In this document: positions 35,100 through 48,744 of the stretch, piece after piece
Numbering within the stretch: the stretch's first letter is position 1
Layout of the letters: the number at the start of each line of letters is the position of its first letter
Assembly (NCBI RefSeq): GCF_001194135.2
Contig: NC_068989.1
Coordinates: 33,948,990-33,998,482 of the forward strand
Source of the DNA: Octopus bimaculoides
Taxonomy: Eukaryota
DNA: 49,493 nucleotides
Direction of reading: 5' to 3'
Notes under the pieces: generated by a model
What the model saw: only the letters and a program-made list of their open reading frames with translations
Databases searched by the model: none
What the model was told of the DNA's origin: nothing
Made by a program: the position numbers and the translations under genes

Positions 35100-37370
35100 A
35101 AGATTGCTCTGTTCAACAGTTTCTCCTCCAGAGCGGCCCGCAGTAGTGCCAGGTGGTAAAAGAAATCCCTGGAATTAAAGATGCCATCCAAGAGCAAAGA
35201 AGGCATATAATGCTTGGCTTGAAAACAGGTCTCCCCCTTTGCGCATGTGGTATACTGAAGCGCAAAAAGTTGCAGTAGAGAGAGTAAAAGCATCCAGTGC
35301 TAAGTCACTGGAGGAGTTTGGGGTTAAGCAGATACATCATTCAATAAAGTATTTCTGGCAGACTTCATAACAAGTTCCCTCGGCACTATCATGCTATTAG
35401 CTGTCAGAAGTGAAAGTGCTCTCTGCCTGCATGCCTGTTGCTGGCCTGTCGATTCTTTGGCTACTGACAGCTAATACCATGACTGGCCGGAGCGAGCTAT
35501 ATGTCTGTCTGTCTGTCTCTCTCTCTATCTATCTATCTATTACTCGAAAGTTCGCGCATCCGCGCTAGCTAGTCGTGAGTAGAAAACACAAATTTAATAT
35601 AAAAACATATTTCCTGAAATTGCAAATTATTTAAAATATAAAAATATAATTTTCAACAGAGAGAATTTATCAAAATAGAAAACAAATGAAGTTTGAAGTT
35701 TAAAAATAATAGGATCGACCACTCACGACTAGCTAGCGCGAACTTTCGAGTAATAGATAGATAGATAGAGAGAGAGACAGACAGACATATAGCTCGCTCC
35801 GGCCAGTCATGGTATTAGCTGTCAGTAGCCAAAGAATCGACAGGCATGCAGGCAGACAGGCAGACAGACAGACAGACAGACACTTCACTAGCAGGCAGTG
35901 AGCACTTTCACTTCTGACAGCTAATAGCATGATAGTGCCGTTCCCTCTTCCACACATAGCAATGAACATCTTTAGGAGGTAGAGAGAATACTTTGCTGAT
36001 CTTCTAAATCCACTTAGTATAAAATCTAGTGGGAATGGGTTGCATCCAGGGTCGAAGTTTGACTTCAAAGAGACTGAAGTCATACAGGTGATTAAAGTGC
36101 TTAAATGTGGCAAAACCAGTGGGAGGAGGAAGTTCAGCATGAGATTTTAAAACCTTTAAATAGAAAAGGTATTTTCTGGCTGACTTGTGTGTGCCTGGTG
36201 GCTTGGACCTCTGTTAAAACACTAAAGCAATGGCAATCCAAATTGATAATCCCAATTTTTCATAGGGGTGACAAAAGCGAGTGCTCTAATTATAGAGGAA
36301 TCACCTTGTTGAGACACCTCAGTTGAAGTCTACACGAGCTGTCTGGAAAGGAGATGGAGGAAAGTTGTTGAGCCCAAGTTTGCTGAAAAATAGTATGGCT
36401 TCTTTCTTGGATGCAGCATAAAAGACCAGTAAGAAATAGTGGGAATAGCACCAGTGGTGTACCCTTGTAGAACACAAAAAGGCATATGAGCACATGCTGT
36501 GGAGGGTTTTGCAGAAGTTTGCGACGAATGGCAAACTTCTGGTTGATGTGAAGTCCCTATATGAATGCCCAGTTGTCTGTGTTCAGGTAAATGTGCTAAG
36601 TTGAAACCTTTCTATATGTTGGACTTAGGCAAGAGTGTGTATTTTTTACTTCTTTTCATGAAATGGATTGACATGAGCAGCCATTGTGGAAGTGGTATCA
36701 CAATTGGTGGGTGTAGGACCAGTTTGTTGATATTTGCAGGTACCATAGTGCTCCTTCTCTCATCAGAATGTGGCCTCCAGCAGGCAGTGAATGAATTTAC
36801 TGTTGAGTGTTGCAAGGCAGGGATGAGATTTAGTGTTGTGAAGACAGATATTGGTCTTCCCAGTGTACTCTGCATGTTGATGGAATATCACTGAGGCAAA
36901 TGGAGAAGTTTAACTATTTTGGGGTCGTATTCATGGGTGATGGGAAGCAGGAAGTTGAATTGGAAGCTAGAATTGCAGGTGCCAGTGTGCAGCTGTGGCA
37001 TTCAGTCTTCAGAGGAAGAGAGGTTGGCTAAAAAGCCAAACTTGCTATCTTTAATTTGGTTTACATACATATCTTCCCTATAGTTATGAATGTTGGATAA
37101 TGATCAAAAGAGTATAATTACAAATACAAGCAACTGTAATGAGGTTCCTCCAAAGGATTAATGTTACTCAACAGGGTGAATAGCACAGTGATCAGGGAGC
37201 CTCTCCAGCTTGAGTCACAAGTTATCCATATTGAGAGGTCAAAGATCCAGTACTACAGACGTGATTAGAATGTCATGAGAAAGAATCACAAGACAATTTC
37301 TTGAAGTTGAGTGAGATCGTAGGAGACCTAGGTGTTGACCAAGAACAAAATGGTTGGATAATATCTATAG
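35100..37370 (+). mobile_element. Degenerate RTE-type LINE ORF2, split by a MITE
   Basis: AYNAWLENRS...KYFWQT before the insertion. After it: REYFADLLNP, IPIFHRGDKSECSNYRGITLL and RRPRC.PRTKWLDNI. Confidence 0.85.
35382..35939. mobile_element. 558-bp MITE with ~200-bp TIRs and an 8-bp TSD, Merlin-like termini
   Basis: GTTCCCTC duplicated at 35374-35381 and 35940-35947. Termini GGCACTATC...GATAGTGCC, with an AT-rich spacer. Confidence 0.88.
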
Positions 37371-39759
37371 TTTTAGTGGGCCACGCTGGCAATCCAGCTG
37401 GAAAGTGTAATGACAGCTGCTTCTGATACGACCCTATGGAGGAGGTGTCTGAAGACCCCATGACACTTTCAGGAATAGTGGGTGGAGAAAATAGCTGGAG
37501 GGCATTTTGAAACACATAATCTGCATTTTTTGAGAAAAAATTTTGTGCCACTCTCCACTTCATTGTGTTATTCATGATTAATTGAAATATTTTTGTCTGT
37601 CATTTTTATTCTATTCCAGTCTTAAACACTTCTGATAGACTGGTAATTTGCTTTTAAAACAATGTTTTTTCAAAAATCTGTTTTTCAAATTTATTAACTA
37701 CTCCTCCAACCTTCACCTTCAAATTACTGACATAATAATTAAATGACTCAGGACTTCTCTGATTTCATCATTGTTTGCATTGATGGCCAATTTGAATGTC
37801 TTTTTTTATCCCATTTAGATATTTCAATTCAACTCAAGGGCTGGAGTTAAACAACCTGTGATAAAGTCACAAGAATACATTATTCAATGTGTCCTTCTCT
37901 AAAACGGTTGGGGACAACATTGCTCAATTTGACCATTTTTTAACATAGTAGAAGGGGCTGCTATTTCTGACAGTTCAAGCATCTGCATAAGGGCTTCTCC
38001 CTTTGGTCCACTATGACCACCTGTTGCTATGATAGACTGAAGTTTTTGGTCACAGATGTTTTTGGTCCCATTATACTTTTCTTCATTTAGAAATATTCTT
38101 TTCTACATTTTTAGTGTTTCATAGACATTTTCAAAATTCCAATTTAGATTTTCACACATCCATTTGTAAGTGTTTGATAAATATTTTGCAGTAGCGCTCT
38201 ATAGGAGACATATTTCCTGCAGCTGAAACTAATTGTGAGAAATTCTTGTCAAGAAATATTGATATCCCGAACTGAAAGGTAGCCAGCTAACCACTATTAT
38301 CTTGTCTTCTTTCTGTAGGGGATGAAGTTATTGTTTCTTGTCCAGAAATCAAAACAACTTCAGGAAAAAAACATTGTTTAAGTTGGCCAGCAACTCAAAC
38401 AATGGTAAAATTAAGTGTTAGTGCCCTCTTATTTCTCTCTTAATAAATTCATTTAATTTTAATGTTGGTAACTTCAAGATGAAGTGTGGTGGAGGAGAAT
38501 GGTAAAAAATTTGTAAAACATAGATGCCAGAAAAGCTTTTTAATGCAAATCAGAAGTTTCTCATTTCAGAGTGTAGAATATTATAAACTTGTTGCAAAAA
38601 AAGTAAAAAGGAATTTCATTTTAATTGTGAACAGTACAACAAAAGGTTGTGGGTGGGTATTTATGAAATTTTATTCTCTAAAAATGCAGATTACATGTTT
38701 CAAAATGTCTAACACTGTAACATAACAAGAAAAAATATTAGTAATTGATTATGTCATGATGCTATGATGGTGGGGTTGGGGGAATGCAGGTGTTTGAAAA
38801 CCATGAATTTTTTTAGAAATACGCTCCTATCCCCTATTGTTTTGAAATGTGGGACACAAAAAAGAATTTGAAAAAGTCTCAACAAAAATGGGGAAATTCC
38901 AATTTATGTGCAAACAGCTATTCTGAAAGTCTGTCATATCATTATAATGTATATTGTATGTTAACTACTTTATGCATTTACTTTTGTAAAAGCAAAAACA
39001 TTTAACAGCATTGGAGAAAGAGATTTCTGCCAGAGTTTGCCAACTACCAATGGATTCTGTTGTGTTGTTTTATTTGATACTATTAGAATTTTATTTTTGT
39101 TTATCACCAAGTCAGCTCTATCTGTCCAAAGACTTTCCAGCTGTGATTGGACAACTTACGAATTAACTAATGTAATCTGAGAGAGATCACAATGAGAGAG
39201 ATCACCTTTTAATCCCCTTCATTTTCATATGCACACCAATCCAAAATTAAGTCCCTCCCCTTCAAATTTACATATGTATTTGTCCAAAAGGATTCTAATA
39301 ATATAAGTAATATTGAAATATTTTACTACTAAAACAGTGCAAGCTTTCTCTTAAGCTTTGGTCTTTTCAAGAACTGTACAATCCACTTGCACATTTTCTG
39401 TCTCCATTCTCTCCCTTAATACCTCACTTCTGTAACTCCTCATATTGTTTCCTTTCTTTTAATAAAGTTCTTATAATGTATATTGTATATTAACTGCATT
39501 ATCTATCTATTCTAGCCTCCATTAGGAATAATTTTTTCTCTCTTTTAGAAATAATTATCCCTATCTGGCCTGCATGATATAGTTTATGCTTCAATTCTGC
39601 CCATATGTCAAATGAGTTTGACTCTCTTAGCATAAAAATAGATGGGGTATGTCAAGGACCAGGAAAGGAGATTATTGAGAAAGGGAGTGAATAGAGTGGA
39701 AAGGTGACATGGTGAGTAGTGTAGGGCTATCTTGTCTGTGATCACAATGCATTGCAGAA

Positions 39760-40535
39760 AATCGCTGGAGACAAAGTACTGTTTCCAATACTCTAAGTGG
39801 GTACTTAAAAGTTGATACCTGATTTGAGAGATGAAAATATGAAAGTCTACTGTGATCTGCTGGAAGTATTTGAAGTCAATGAAGATGCACTTTTTCTGAT
39901 CAGAGAAGGAAACATAGGCATATCTTTATGATCCAGAAATGAAATCTCAGTTTATAGAATGGCATCACACCTCCTCTCTAAGGCCTTGGAAATTCAAAAA
40001 CGTCAGTGATCAACACAGAAAACATGGTGACTTTTTTTTTAAGAGGATGTTCAAAGCATTATTCTCTTCCTTTTCTGGAACATAGCTGTACTATGAATAG
40101 TGAGTGTTACATGTACATACTGAAAACGTTTACGGAAGCCATTAGGATGACAAAACAGAACAAGAATCTGTGATTGGTTTTCATTCTCCATAACAATGTT
40201 TGACCACACACATCTTTGGCAACAGATCAGGCAATCAGCAAATTGGGCTGGTCATGGTCCTCCATCCACCAAGCTGCTTGGATCTGGAGCCCTCCAACAG
40301 GTGCCATGGAAGTGGCTTTGCGAAAGTGGGTATAACAGTGGACATCTGAACTTTTTCAAAATGGTTTTGAGAATTGGGTTGGACTATGACAGAAATGCAT
40401 TGCTAGAGATGGAAACTATGTTGAATAGTTTCTTTGTACTGACAGAGGTTTATTCTACTATCATATGCCATTTAAATGAGCAGTGTCAGTTAATAAAATG
40501 TTATTCCCACTTTTGTATTACTTTTGGTTAACTCT
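39760..40535 (+). mobile_element. Highly degenerate mariner transposase
   Basis: DPEMKSQFIEW, MVTFF, TMNSECY, LHNNV.PHTS, ARDGNYVE-like C-terminus and a TIR-like TTACTTTTGGTTAACTC end. Confidence 0.7.
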
Positions 40536-40555
40536 GTGTGTGTGTGTGTATGTAT

Positions 40556-40590
<35 letters not shown>

Positions 40591-40674
40591 CACACACACA
40601 CACACATACACATACATGTGCACGCATATATACGTACATATATAGATAGATAGATTGATAAATACCCATACACA

Positions 40675-40990
40675 TATCATCAGCAGCATCGTTTAATGTT
40701 CATGTGTAAGGATTTTTGAGCGAGATCGTTGCCAGTGGCTCTTGTGCGGGTGGCACATAAAATACATCATTTTGAGCGTGGCCGTTGCCAGTACCGCCTG
40801 ACTGGCCTTCGTGCCGGTGGCACGTAAAAGCACCCACTACACTCTCTGAGTGGTTGGCGTTAGGAAGGGCATCCAGCTGTAGAAACTCTGCCAAATCAGA
40901 TTGCAGACTGGTGTGGCCATCTGGTTTCACCAGTCCTCAGTCAAATCGTCCAACCCATGCTAGCATGTAAAGCGGATGTTAAACGACGAC

Positions 40991-41020
<30 letters not shown>
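40675..41020 (+). mobile_element. RTE-family 3'UTR / SINE tail with (GAT)n
   Basis: GGTGGCACGTAAAAGCACC...GTTAGGAAGGGCATCCAGC...TTAAACGACGATGATGAT, preceded by a short inverted tail copy at about 40675-40705. Confidence 0.8.
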
Positions 41021-41021
<1 letters not shown>

Positions 41022-41951
41022 ATATATATGATGCTATATGTATGTATGAATAGGATGAGCTTCTTTTAGTTTTCATCTACCAATTCCACTCACAAAACTT
41101 CAGTCACCTTAGGGTTATAAACATACACTTACCTAAGATGCTGTATTATGCCATATTTAGTTCTTTTCAACTATTTTTTGTACTAATATATTTTCATTCT
41201 AAAACTTTTCTATAGCAAACTTTGAAAACTGCATCTTGAGATTCCTCTTTTTTTTTTTTTTTTCTACAGATGTTTTAATTGAAGTCCATAAAAATTAATA
41301 TTAATCAGCACATTGTTCAGTTACAACTTCCTACCAATTCAAATGTCATTTTTCACAGAAAGCGGTTTATACAAGGTACTTTCTTTGTGCATGTCTTCAT
41401 TTATTATTTTTGTTCTTCATCAGTGTAATGTTTCTATTTGATTTGTCTGATATGAAATTTGTAGCATCCCTACCTTTGTTAACAGGTCTGCTTCATCAGG
41501 GCTGACCTGGATATAAATACTAACAACAATGAACCACTGAGGGAGCCTCTGAGTTGTTCAACTGGTTAGGAGAGAAAGTAATTTTATTCCAAATTACTAT
41601 GTATTGTCTTGAAAAGTATAAGGAAATATTAGAAATTATCATCCTTGATATTCTTGGAGGTCATAGAAAAATTGACAGTGCTGTTCTTCTGACTATGACA
41701 AACGAAGAAAAAAAGAATACTCTTAAAAAGATGGATGGTTATGATTTAAATGCCTTTTATTATAGATCTGTTGAATTTGGTTTGTTCAGATAACAATAAC
41801 TTGCATTTAATAACATATCACTTTAGTCAAAACTAATGTGGAATTAAACAACAACAAACCAAGGATAAAATTGTAGACACACAACTTACCCTCAAATTAT
41901 ACCCTACTATCCTGAAAGGAGATGACACATTAGATTAGTTAAAAAATGCAG

Positions 41952-42300
41952 GTAAATGTTTGATATCTTCAGTTTATTAATATATAAATGTAGTTTAAGG
42001 TGGTGAGCTGGCAGAATTGTTAGCATACTGGACAAAGTGGTCAGTGGAGTTTTGTCCATCTGAACACACTAAGTTGAATTTCCGTTGAGGTTTACTTTGC
42101 CTTTCATCTGTTTAGTGTTGATAAAATAAGTACCAGTTGAGTGCTGGGGTTGATGTCATCGACGTACCCACTCAACTGAAATTGCTGGTCTTATGCTAAA
42201 ATTTGAAACCAATATAGTAATGTAGTAAAATTTTCATTCTTGAATCTCCATTTTTTATATTTCCTACACCTAATACAGTTTCTACTTATTATCATTTCAG
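41952..42300 (+). other. Putative 5'UTR intron of ZNF gene 2, enlarged by a SINE
   Basis: CAG|GTAAATGTTT donor and TCATTTCAG acceptor, homologous to the gene 1 sites. Confidence 0.55.
41995..42210 (+). mobile_element. SINE inside the putative 5'UTR intron of ZNF gene 2
   Basis: GGTGGTGAGCTGGCAGAATTGTTAGCA...CTTTGCCTTTCATC...AAATAAGTACCAG. Absent from the gene 1 intron. Confidence 0.75.
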
Positions 42301-42664
42301 AATATCGAATGAGATGGCCTGAAAAGTATATTTAACTTATGACCCATCATTAATTGTTGTCTTCTATTTAAAGACAAAAAGATGTTACACAGAACAGTTA
42401 TAACACTGTTTATGTAAATGTTTATGTGATGAATTAGTGTGAAATATTTTTTGGCATCACTTCATAGTAGATTATCTCTATTCCATTGTGTGAACTGTTT
42501 ACAACATGAATGTGCAATCTTATTAAATTAGGACAAAATATGTAAAAGAGTTTGCAGCTTCTTCTGGAATTGAAAAATGTAGATATACATTATTTCTTTG
42601 CAATACAATAGAAAAATACAACGAAGTGCAGTGTCTGTACATTGTGGATGAAAAACAAAAGATT

Positions 42665-44539
42665 ATGGAGAATGAAATATATGGCAGCCAACAAAAATGC
42701 GGAGCTCAGTCAAAAGGCATTGAGTCATCTGGTGAGAAGCTGACAAATACAGGGAAAATATCATATCACTCTGATATTTATAAAGTGTCATTCACTGAAA
42801 AAAGGGATCTAACTACTCCCAAATGTATTAATAGTGAAAAGAAGCATTATTGTTGTGATATCTGTGGTAAATCATTCTCCCAAACATATGGATTAACTTC
42901 TCACAAACGTATTCATACAGGAGAGAAACCCTATCGCTGTGATATCTGTGGTAAATCATTCTCACAAACATGTGGATTGACTTCTCACAAACGTATTCAT
43001 ACAGGAGAGAAACCCTATCACTGTGATGTCTGTGGTAAATCATTCCCACAAACATGTGGATTAATTTCTCACAAACGTATTCATACAGGAGAGAAACCCT
43101 ATCACTGTGAGATCTGTGGTAAATCATTCTCTGTAAATAGTACTTTAACTAAACATAGACGCATTCATACAGGAGAGAAGCCATATCACTGTGATACTTG
43201 TGGTTATTCATGCTCAGAAAAAGGTGCTTTAACTCAACACAGACGTGTTCATACAGGTGTGAAACCATATCATTGTGATATCTGTGGCAAATCATTCGTT
43301 AAAAGAAGTTCTTTAACATCACACAAAGTTATTCATACAGGGGAAGTTATTCATATCAAGAAGCCTTTTCACTGTGATATCTGTGGAAAGTCATTCTCCT
43401 CAAACACTAACTTAACTGTTCACAAACGTGTTCATACAGGTGAAAAGCCATATCACTGTTATGTATGTGACAAATCATTTGCTCAGTCTAATGATTTAAC
43501 TAAACATAAACGCATTCATACAGGAGAGAAACCATATCAGTGTAATATTTGTGGTAAATCTTTCTCTGCATGTACTCAGTTAATTATTCATAAACGTGTT
43601 CATACAGGAAAGAAACCATATTGTTGTGATACTTGTGGTAAATCTTTCTCTCAGAGTAATAGCTTAATTTCCCATAAACGTATTCATACAGGGGAGAAGC
43701 CATACTGCTGTGCTATATGTGGTAAATCATTCTCCCATAGAAATTCTTTTGCTAACCACCAGCGTATTCACAAAGGACAGAAGCCCTACAACTGTGATAT
43801 CTGTGGTAAATCATTCTTACGAAATGATTATTTAACTAACCATAAACACATTCATACAGGAGAGAAACCATATTGTTGTGATATTTGTGGTAAATCATTC
43901 TCTCTGTATTGTCAAATAAGGATTCATAAACGTATTCATACAGGAGAAAAGCCCTATCGTTGTGACATCTGTGGTAAATCATTTCCACAAATATGTGGAT
44001 TAACATCTCACAAACGTATTCATACAGGAGAAAAACCATATCAGTGTGATATCTGTGATAAATCATTCACTGTAAATAGTACCTTAACAAAACACAAGCT
44101 TATACATACAGGAATGAAGCCCTATCACTGTGATATCTGTGGTAAATCTTTCTCTGGTAGTAGTAACTTGACTAAACACAAACGTGTTCATACAGGAGAA
44201 AAACCCTATTGCTGTGATGTCTGTGGTAAATTCTTTTCTGAACAAGGTGCCTTAAGCAATCATAAACGCATTCATACAGGAGAGAAGCCATTTAATTGTG
44301 AGGTCTGTGGTAAATCATTTTCTTGTAATAGTTACTTAACTGTACATAAACGCATTCATACAGGTGAGAAGCCATATCACTGTGATATCTGTGGTAAATC
44401 ATTCTCTGCAGGTAGTAAATTAACTAGACATAAACGCATACATACAGGAGAGAAGCCATATCACTGTGATATCTGTGGAAAATCATATTCTAAAAAATGT
44501 TCCTTAACTACACATGTATGTACTCATAGAAAAGACTAA
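42665..44539 (+). CDS. Tandem C2H2 zinc-finger protein (ZNF gene 2), about 624 aa, 20 canonical fingers plus a degenerate N-terminal finger
   Basis: The ORF track starts at a GTG (42626). The ATG at 42665 (MENEI) aligns with the MENEL start of gene 1. Intact C2H2 repeats run to the stop at 44539. Confidence 0.93.
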   Translation: MENEIYGSQQKCGAQSKGIESSGEKLTNTGKISYHSDIYKVSFTEKRDLTTPKCINSEKKHYCCDICGKSFSQTYGLTSHKRIHTGEKPYRCDICGKSFSQTCGLTSHKRIHTGEKPYHCDVCGKSFPQTCGLISHKRIHTGEKPYHCEICGKSFSVNSTLTKHRRIHTGEKPYHCDTCGYSCSEKGALTQHRRVHTGVKPYHCDICGKSFVKRSSLTSHKVIHTGEVIHIKKPFHCDICGKSFSSNTNLTVHKRVHTGEKPYHCYVCDKSFAQSNDLTKHKRIHTGEKPYQCNICGKSFSACTQLIIHKRVHTGKKPYCCDTCGKSFSQSNSLISHKRIHTGEKPYCCAICGKSFSHRNSFANHQRIHKGQKPYNCDICGKSFLRNDYLTNHKHIHTGEKPYCCDICGKSFSLYCQIRIHKRIHTGEKPYRCDICGKSFPQICGLTSHKRIHTGEKPYQCDICDKSFTVNSTLTKHKLIHTGMKPYHCDICGKSFSGSSNLTKHKRVHTGEKPYCCDVCGKFFSEQGALSNHKRIHTGEKPFNCEVCGKSFSCNSYLTVHKRIHTGEKPYHCDICGKSFSAGSKLTRHKRIHTGEKPYHCDICGKSYSKKCSLTTHVCTHRKD

Positions 44540-45299
44540 ATTTATTCATGTTCAAAATCATTCAATATAAATGTATATAATCATAGATGCATTTGCAGAC
44601 GAAATAAATACATAGGTGGGATAACAACATCCTAACACTACATATATCCTGTCGGTAAAAAAACTTACAACTATTGTTTTTAATAAAATCGTTGTTTCAG
44701 AGGACTTGCGTGTATTTTTATGGAGATGTACTTGCATTGCAAATGTTTTGATCTGAGATCGTGTGTTGAAACTAAAACAGTTGCAGTTTGGAAGACAGAG
44801 GTTAGCCATTCAGAAACACACAAAGACTGTTTACTTTACAGAAACATTTATTGTTTGTAAAGCATCCAACATAAAATTATGTAGTGCTGAGAGCTTAAGA
44901 GATGTAACAGAAATGAATGTGATATAGAATGAAGCTATTTAAAATATTTAGATAAATCTTACAATCACAATAAATACAAACTTCAAAATTGCTGAATCCT
45001 TAGGTATCACAATCTATGTAGCAGGAAACACTCCCCTCTCAATATGGAAGTTTATTTATATATACTGAGGTTGCAAGCACCTACAAGCAGTTATTGTACA
45101 TATCACAATCGACTTCAGGAAATGTATTGCTAGCCTATTTTCAGATCTGACTATATTCAGTAGGGCCACCTATCTGTTAGTAAGTTATGGGAAAGCTGCT
45201 CTATTAGTGATCATCTCTGATGCTCAAAGAATATGTACGTATCTGATGAATAGTTAATCAGTTTTGTTTTATATCTAGTGCTACAGATGCCATCTTTAA

Positions 45300-45830
45300 T
45301 GTGAAGAAACTGCAGGAGAAGTACTTGGCTCAAAGTAAGCCACCATACCTAGCAGACATTGACTTTGAGTTGGACTTTGACAGAGTGATAGGCTCTGTAA
45401 GATAGTGGTCACTAAGGAAACTAGATGAATGGCTCAGAGCTGTACAAATTATGTACAATGGTACAGTCAGTAAAGTGAGAGCAATGAGTTCAAAGAGAAA
45501 TTTAGCATGAAAATAGGAATCCATGAAGTTCAATTCTCAGCCCCTTCTTATTCATCATAGTCTCAGAGGCCATCACTGAGGAATTTAAGAATACTATCCA
45601 TGGAAGTTCAGCATTAAATCTCCTTTGCGCCCACATACTGTACCAAGTGTAAGCTATAGATATAGAAAGAGGCAGACTTTGTATGTGGCAGATGCTTGAA
45701 CATGTAATGCATAAGGAAGTGCTGAGCACCCCAAATTTGAGAAAGGAGGGAGATTAAGAAAAACTTTGGTTGAAGTGTTAAAGGCTGACCTGAAGATGTC
45801 TCATTGCAGGAAAGAAATGAGAAAGGATTA
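45300..45830 (+). mobile_element. RTE-type RT remnant
   Basis: KLQEKYLA...DFDRV...WSLRKL.EW...LSPFLFIIV.EAITEEF. Confidence 0.7.
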
Positions 45831-45989
45831 TGCTAGCAGGATTATACAGTGATACAGAAGACCCTACCATATCAGTAAAATGTATTGTGATGAGAGCAGT
45901 AATAGGGACTGGAATGTTTGTGTGTCCACTCATACCTTATATTTGGAATCTCATCCATAGTATCCCCCTTCCTCTTTTCTCCCACCCTA

Positions 45990-46170
45990 CAACCATCCTA
46001 CGTCACCTCCAGATTTTTCCCTGTTCTGATGACCATTCTACCCAACATCTCTTAGTCTTTGGGATGGCTACTTTGCCTGGATCCTCTACTAATCTCCAGA
46101 GGGAACAAAAGCTCATTTTTACTCTCTAGGCCTATGCAACCTATGGTTTCAATTACTAATTCTTCTAACT
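45990..46170 (+). mobile_element. PLE GIY-YIG C-terminal remnant
   Basis: DHSTQHLLVFGM...REQKLIFTL, similar to the protein at 49209-49484. Confidence 0.6.
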
Positions 46171-46805
46171 TCCTTCCCAATTTCCCTATGGGCCTCTATG
46201 TCCCACCATTCTTAATCTCTTTTCAAATTCTGTTTTCTGACTGGGTAGAAATTATCAAACCTTAAACCTCTATAATGTTTTTTTTTAAAAGATTTTCTGG
46301 AAAAAGTGCAATATCTCCTGAGATTCAGCGTGAAAAATTACATCAATACACCAAATTTTAAAATTCTCAGTAAACTTTGAAATTTCCACAGGTACAGCCA
46401 AGCAGAAAAGATCCCACCATTTAATAAAACTGGTTTGGTAAGTCTGACATGTCAGTCTGTTATTGTCACTACACCCTCCTTCCTCAACTAGCCCTACAAA
46501 GATTTTAGCGTTCCAATAAAGAATAAATAAATGGAAATATGACACTGATTGTTTGCTGATATCTGTGTGTGTGTGTGTAACTATATGACATTGTGTTTGT
46601 GTGTGTACACGTAACTATGAAATTATTTGTATGTGTGCATGAGACTCGGTGTGTGTGTGTGTGCGCACACGTACCTGTATGACATTGTGTTTGTGTATAA
46701 TTGTATGGCACTGTGTGTGTGCATGTAAAACAACTGAACGTGTATGTTGGTATCTGTATGTTTAACATACAGACTACGTGTGGTATATCTGCTGATATTT
46801 GTGAA

Positions 46806-47205
46806 CCGTAAATCCTCAAGTATAATACGCAGGGGATTTTTAGGGGGCTGTAACTCTGAAAAACCTAAACCTTGTGTATAATACACACCCCTTCTCTAAC
46901 TTGAGTCAAGGAGGTCTATATAATATCCTTGGTTTGTAAACGTATATACAGTGACGTCCTTTATTATCATTGTATATATAACATAATGCAAACGTAGCCT
47001 TTTTGTGCACTTTGCAGAAAATAAAGAAATAACAGTAATAGCGTCTGAAAAATAAATATCAAGTAAATTGCCTTTACATATTTATCACTTAGAAAATTTT
47101 GCTTAGAAAGTATTTTTCATTTTTAATCTTGTATATAGTACGCACTAGAAATTTTGACCTTTAAATTTTGGGTAAAATGTGCGGATTATACTCAAGGATT
47201 TACGC
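46806..47205. mobile_element. 400-bp Tc1/mariner-pogo type MITE
   Basis: TIRs CCGTAAATCCTCAAGTATAATACGCA / TGCGGATTATACTCAAGGATTTACGC. TA on the right flank only. Confidence 0.75.
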
Positions 47206-47424
47206 TATATGTGTGTATGTTTATATATGTATGCCATGATGGTGCTAAGGTGTAGATACAGGAGGTGATCAAACTCTGCATAAGGAGTAGACAAAAACCA
47301 CCATGTATAAAATGAATAAACTGTGTGTATGTGTACATAACAATATGTAACTGCGTTTGAGTGTGTATGTGCTTATGTCATTATCTGTGTAACAATAGAT
47401 TATGCAATTGTTAGCTGGTATCTG

Positions 47425-47565
47425 CTGGAGTGTGGCTTAGAGGTTAGGGTGTTCAGTTCAGGATCGTGAGTTTGAAAACCAGTGGCACATTGTTACACGG
47501 TACTCTCCCAGTCCACTCAGCTGGCAAAAGTGAGTTGTATCTATAATTTACAAGGGCTAGCCTTG
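47425..47565 (+). mobile_element. Degenerate SINE fragment
   Basis: tRNA-like head GTGTGGCTTAGAGGTTAGGGTG...GTTTGAAAACC and CCAGTCCACTCAGCTG core. Confidence 0.5.
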
Positions 47566-48744
47566 TAAATAGATAAATTGATATCACAGTTTTGTTATGA
47601 ATCTGCAACCAAGGACAATATGAACATCTTCAATGTTTCATTCAAACTAAGTACGAAACTTTGGCTAATGCTGTTTAGAGCTATGTCATAAATTGGTGCA
47701 CATGGCGGTGACGTAAACGGACCCCTCCTTACCTTAAAATTTTTTTTTTATGGAATCCCATGTTTTCAGCTATGGAGATTTCGATTCTGAAAATAAAATT
47801 TTCAAAAATTGCAACTTCAAAATTTCAATTCCACCCCTACACAAACACACACACTTCTTCATTTTTTTACTTTTTACGGAAATTTTTTTTTTTTTGCAAG
47901 ATACGTAGAAAAATACAGAGATTTGGCTGTAAACATTAGTATTTAGCATTATTCTCCAAGTCTCATCGAGCAAAACTATGTTCAGAGCCATTCCAGCTAT
48001 GGCCGGAAAATTTTTTATTAGCTATCATTTATGAAGTGTAAAAGCACAGAATCGGGAGGCAAAAATATAGAAGAAACATTTTTTTCAAAATTGTAATTGC
48101 CATGCAATTGTAAGAAACAAGAATACTAAACATGGAAGGGAAAAACCCCACCTAATTCCTAGCTAGGCGGTGTTTCGGATCAGGATGCCCACATAAGTAA
48201 GATTTTCTCCGGTTCGAGGGTCTGTTCCCAATTTATTTTCACTGCGGCTTTCAAATTGATGGGAAGGCGATGGGGACATCTCCATATGAAAAATTTTTTG
48301 GAAAATTTATGATTTTTCTTTTCATTTCACCTCCTAACCACCCCATTCTGGACAGATTTTGGCAAAATATTTTTGGCACTATGCAGTTATAAACCACAGG
48401 AGAAGAAAAAGAAAGTAAATATTTTCAGACGAAAAGATGTATGACTTAAAGTAGATTTGGCTATAGTTTCTAATACATCCCACGACCATCTTCCTCGTTT
48501 CTTTATCACTCTCACATGTGCTGATGTTTTTTCAATATTTTTCTCCCCATAAACACATTTATGCTATTAAATGGCTTCTTATGATATGGGTGATATTGAA
48601 ATGTTTCATAAATGACACAGTGCAAGCCTTCTATCAAGCTTCAGTTCTTCCTAAGAACTGTACAATTAATTCACTGAAACAATTTCCATCTTTCTCATTC
48701 TTAAAGTCTCACATCAGGATTTATATATATATATACATATATAT

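Noticed and set aside
37560-38950. Possible degenerate transposase or integrase remnants
   Set aside because: No motif could be recognised with confidence.
42828-44066. Minus-strand repetitive ORFs (MIYHR...SLLYEYVCE)
   Set aside because: Antisense shadows of the C2H2 repeats.
47690-48500. Probable DNA-element debris
   Set aside because: No TIR pair, TSD or coding motif could be established by eye.
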